Source: Selaginella moellendorffii
Taxonomy: Eukaryota > Plantae > Lycopodiophyta
NCBI RefSeq assembly: GCF_000143415.4
Contig: NW_003314290.1
Coordinates: 859,586-923,585, forward strand
DNA: 64,000 nt
Direction: 5' to 3'
Part shown: piece after piece, positions 63,313-64,000 of the stretch
How positions within the stretch are numbered: the first letter of the stretch is position 1
Layout of the letters: each line of letters opens with the position of its first letter
The notes under the pieces: generated by a model
What the model was told of the DNA's origin: nothing
Seen by the model: the letters and a program-made list of their open reading frames with translations, nothing else
Databases searched by the model: none
Program-made: the position numbers and the translations under genes

Positions 63313-63631
63313 TAGATTTTTTTTTTCTTTTCTGTGAATAAGTAGCGAAATTTATTATAGCTTTGATTGATAGCTCCTGGTCCGGATTTTGTGAGAGAAG
63401 TTGTAAATAGATTGATTGGAAAAAACAAGCAAAAACGTTTTTAATCTGAGAATGAGACTCAAACCAAAGATCAAGAGTTTCGATCGTATAAAAAGAAAAT
63501 AGATTGATTGTAATCTGAGAATGCAAAGATCAAGAAATTTGATAAGATAGAACGTTTCGTTTCGCCTCCCGCCATGGACGCTTTAAAGAGCTTATAAGAT
63601 TTCCTTTGAGAACCAAGAAGCAAACCAAAAA

Positions 63632-64000
63632 ATGGTGTTTGTTCTCCTTCTCGTGGCTTCTTCCCTGCTCTTCCACGCACAGCGCTCGTCCCCCTCTCGC
63701 CTCGATCTGGCCCTCAAGCTCGATGGTCTCCGGCGCGTCGATGGATCCAACTCACGCGCCACCATCCATGATCTGGGCGATGATCTCGGGGCGATCGAGG
63801 ATCCCAATCCCGGCGATGGCTATAGCTGCAACTTCGAGATGTTCGAGGCGATGGGAGTTTGCAACACCCTCGACTACAAGTCGTGCTGTACGTCCGTCAA
63901 GACGGCGCTCTACGGAGGCTGCCTGTGCACCACCGTCTTCCAGGACTACATCCGCTACTGCATCCAAGTCACCCGCGAGCTCAACGAGTACCTGGACGAG
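63632..64000 (+). CDS. Secreted cysteine-rich protein (prolamin/nsLTP-like Cys spacing), truncated by the window end
   Basis: Open from ATG 63632 to the end and not in the ORF track: MVFVLLLVASSLLFHA signal peptide; C-x10-C-x7-CC-x11-CLC. Confidence 0.7.
   Translation, partial: MVFVLLLVASSLLFHAQRSSPSRLDLALKLDGLRRVDGSNSRATIHDLGDDLGAIEDPNPGDGYSCNFEMFEAMGVCNTLDYKSCCTSVKTALYGGCLCTTVFQDYIRYCIQVTRELNEYLDE

Overview
Eukaryotic nuclear DNA from a compact-genome land plant. Introns of about 40-90 nt, intergenic gaps under 150 bp and the PPR style suggest a lycophyte such as Selaginella; this is an inference. Bases 1-28,000 are a transposon-rich block. It opens with a large, partly decayed DNA-transposon-like element (1 to about 11,380, left end outside the window). 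The element carries a minus-strand Sola1-like DDD transposase that the ORF track misses, and a divergent multi-exon cargo gene with a ParB/Srx-like domain, a possible degenerate N4/N6-methyltransferase fold, an acidic tract and an FCP1/NIF-type HAD domain. About 22 copies of a 22-bp palindrome (ATGGCRTG-N6-CAYGCCAT) are scattered through this element, often one per intron, and I found none outside it. Next come decayed LTR retrotransposons, a composite minisatellite, a 100-N assembly gap and a near-complete decayed Ty3/gypsy element containing a nested solo LTR. Bases 28,000-64,000 are gene-dense: GLYR2, a small HSP, RPB8, TMCO4/DUF726, a SOG1-like NAC factor, RRP14/SURF6, a RAD1 remnant, a PPR gene, an IBA57/YgfZ-like gene, a SPOC + 4xRRM gene, a small Lys-rich gene, an AT-rich island with a 25S rDNA fragment and a second gypsy relic, a HAK/KUP transporter, an unknown ORF, a TSJT1/AILP1-like gene, a CRF-type AP2/ERF gene and a truncated secreted Cys-rich gene. 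All family assignments come from motif recognition by eye; no database searches were run.
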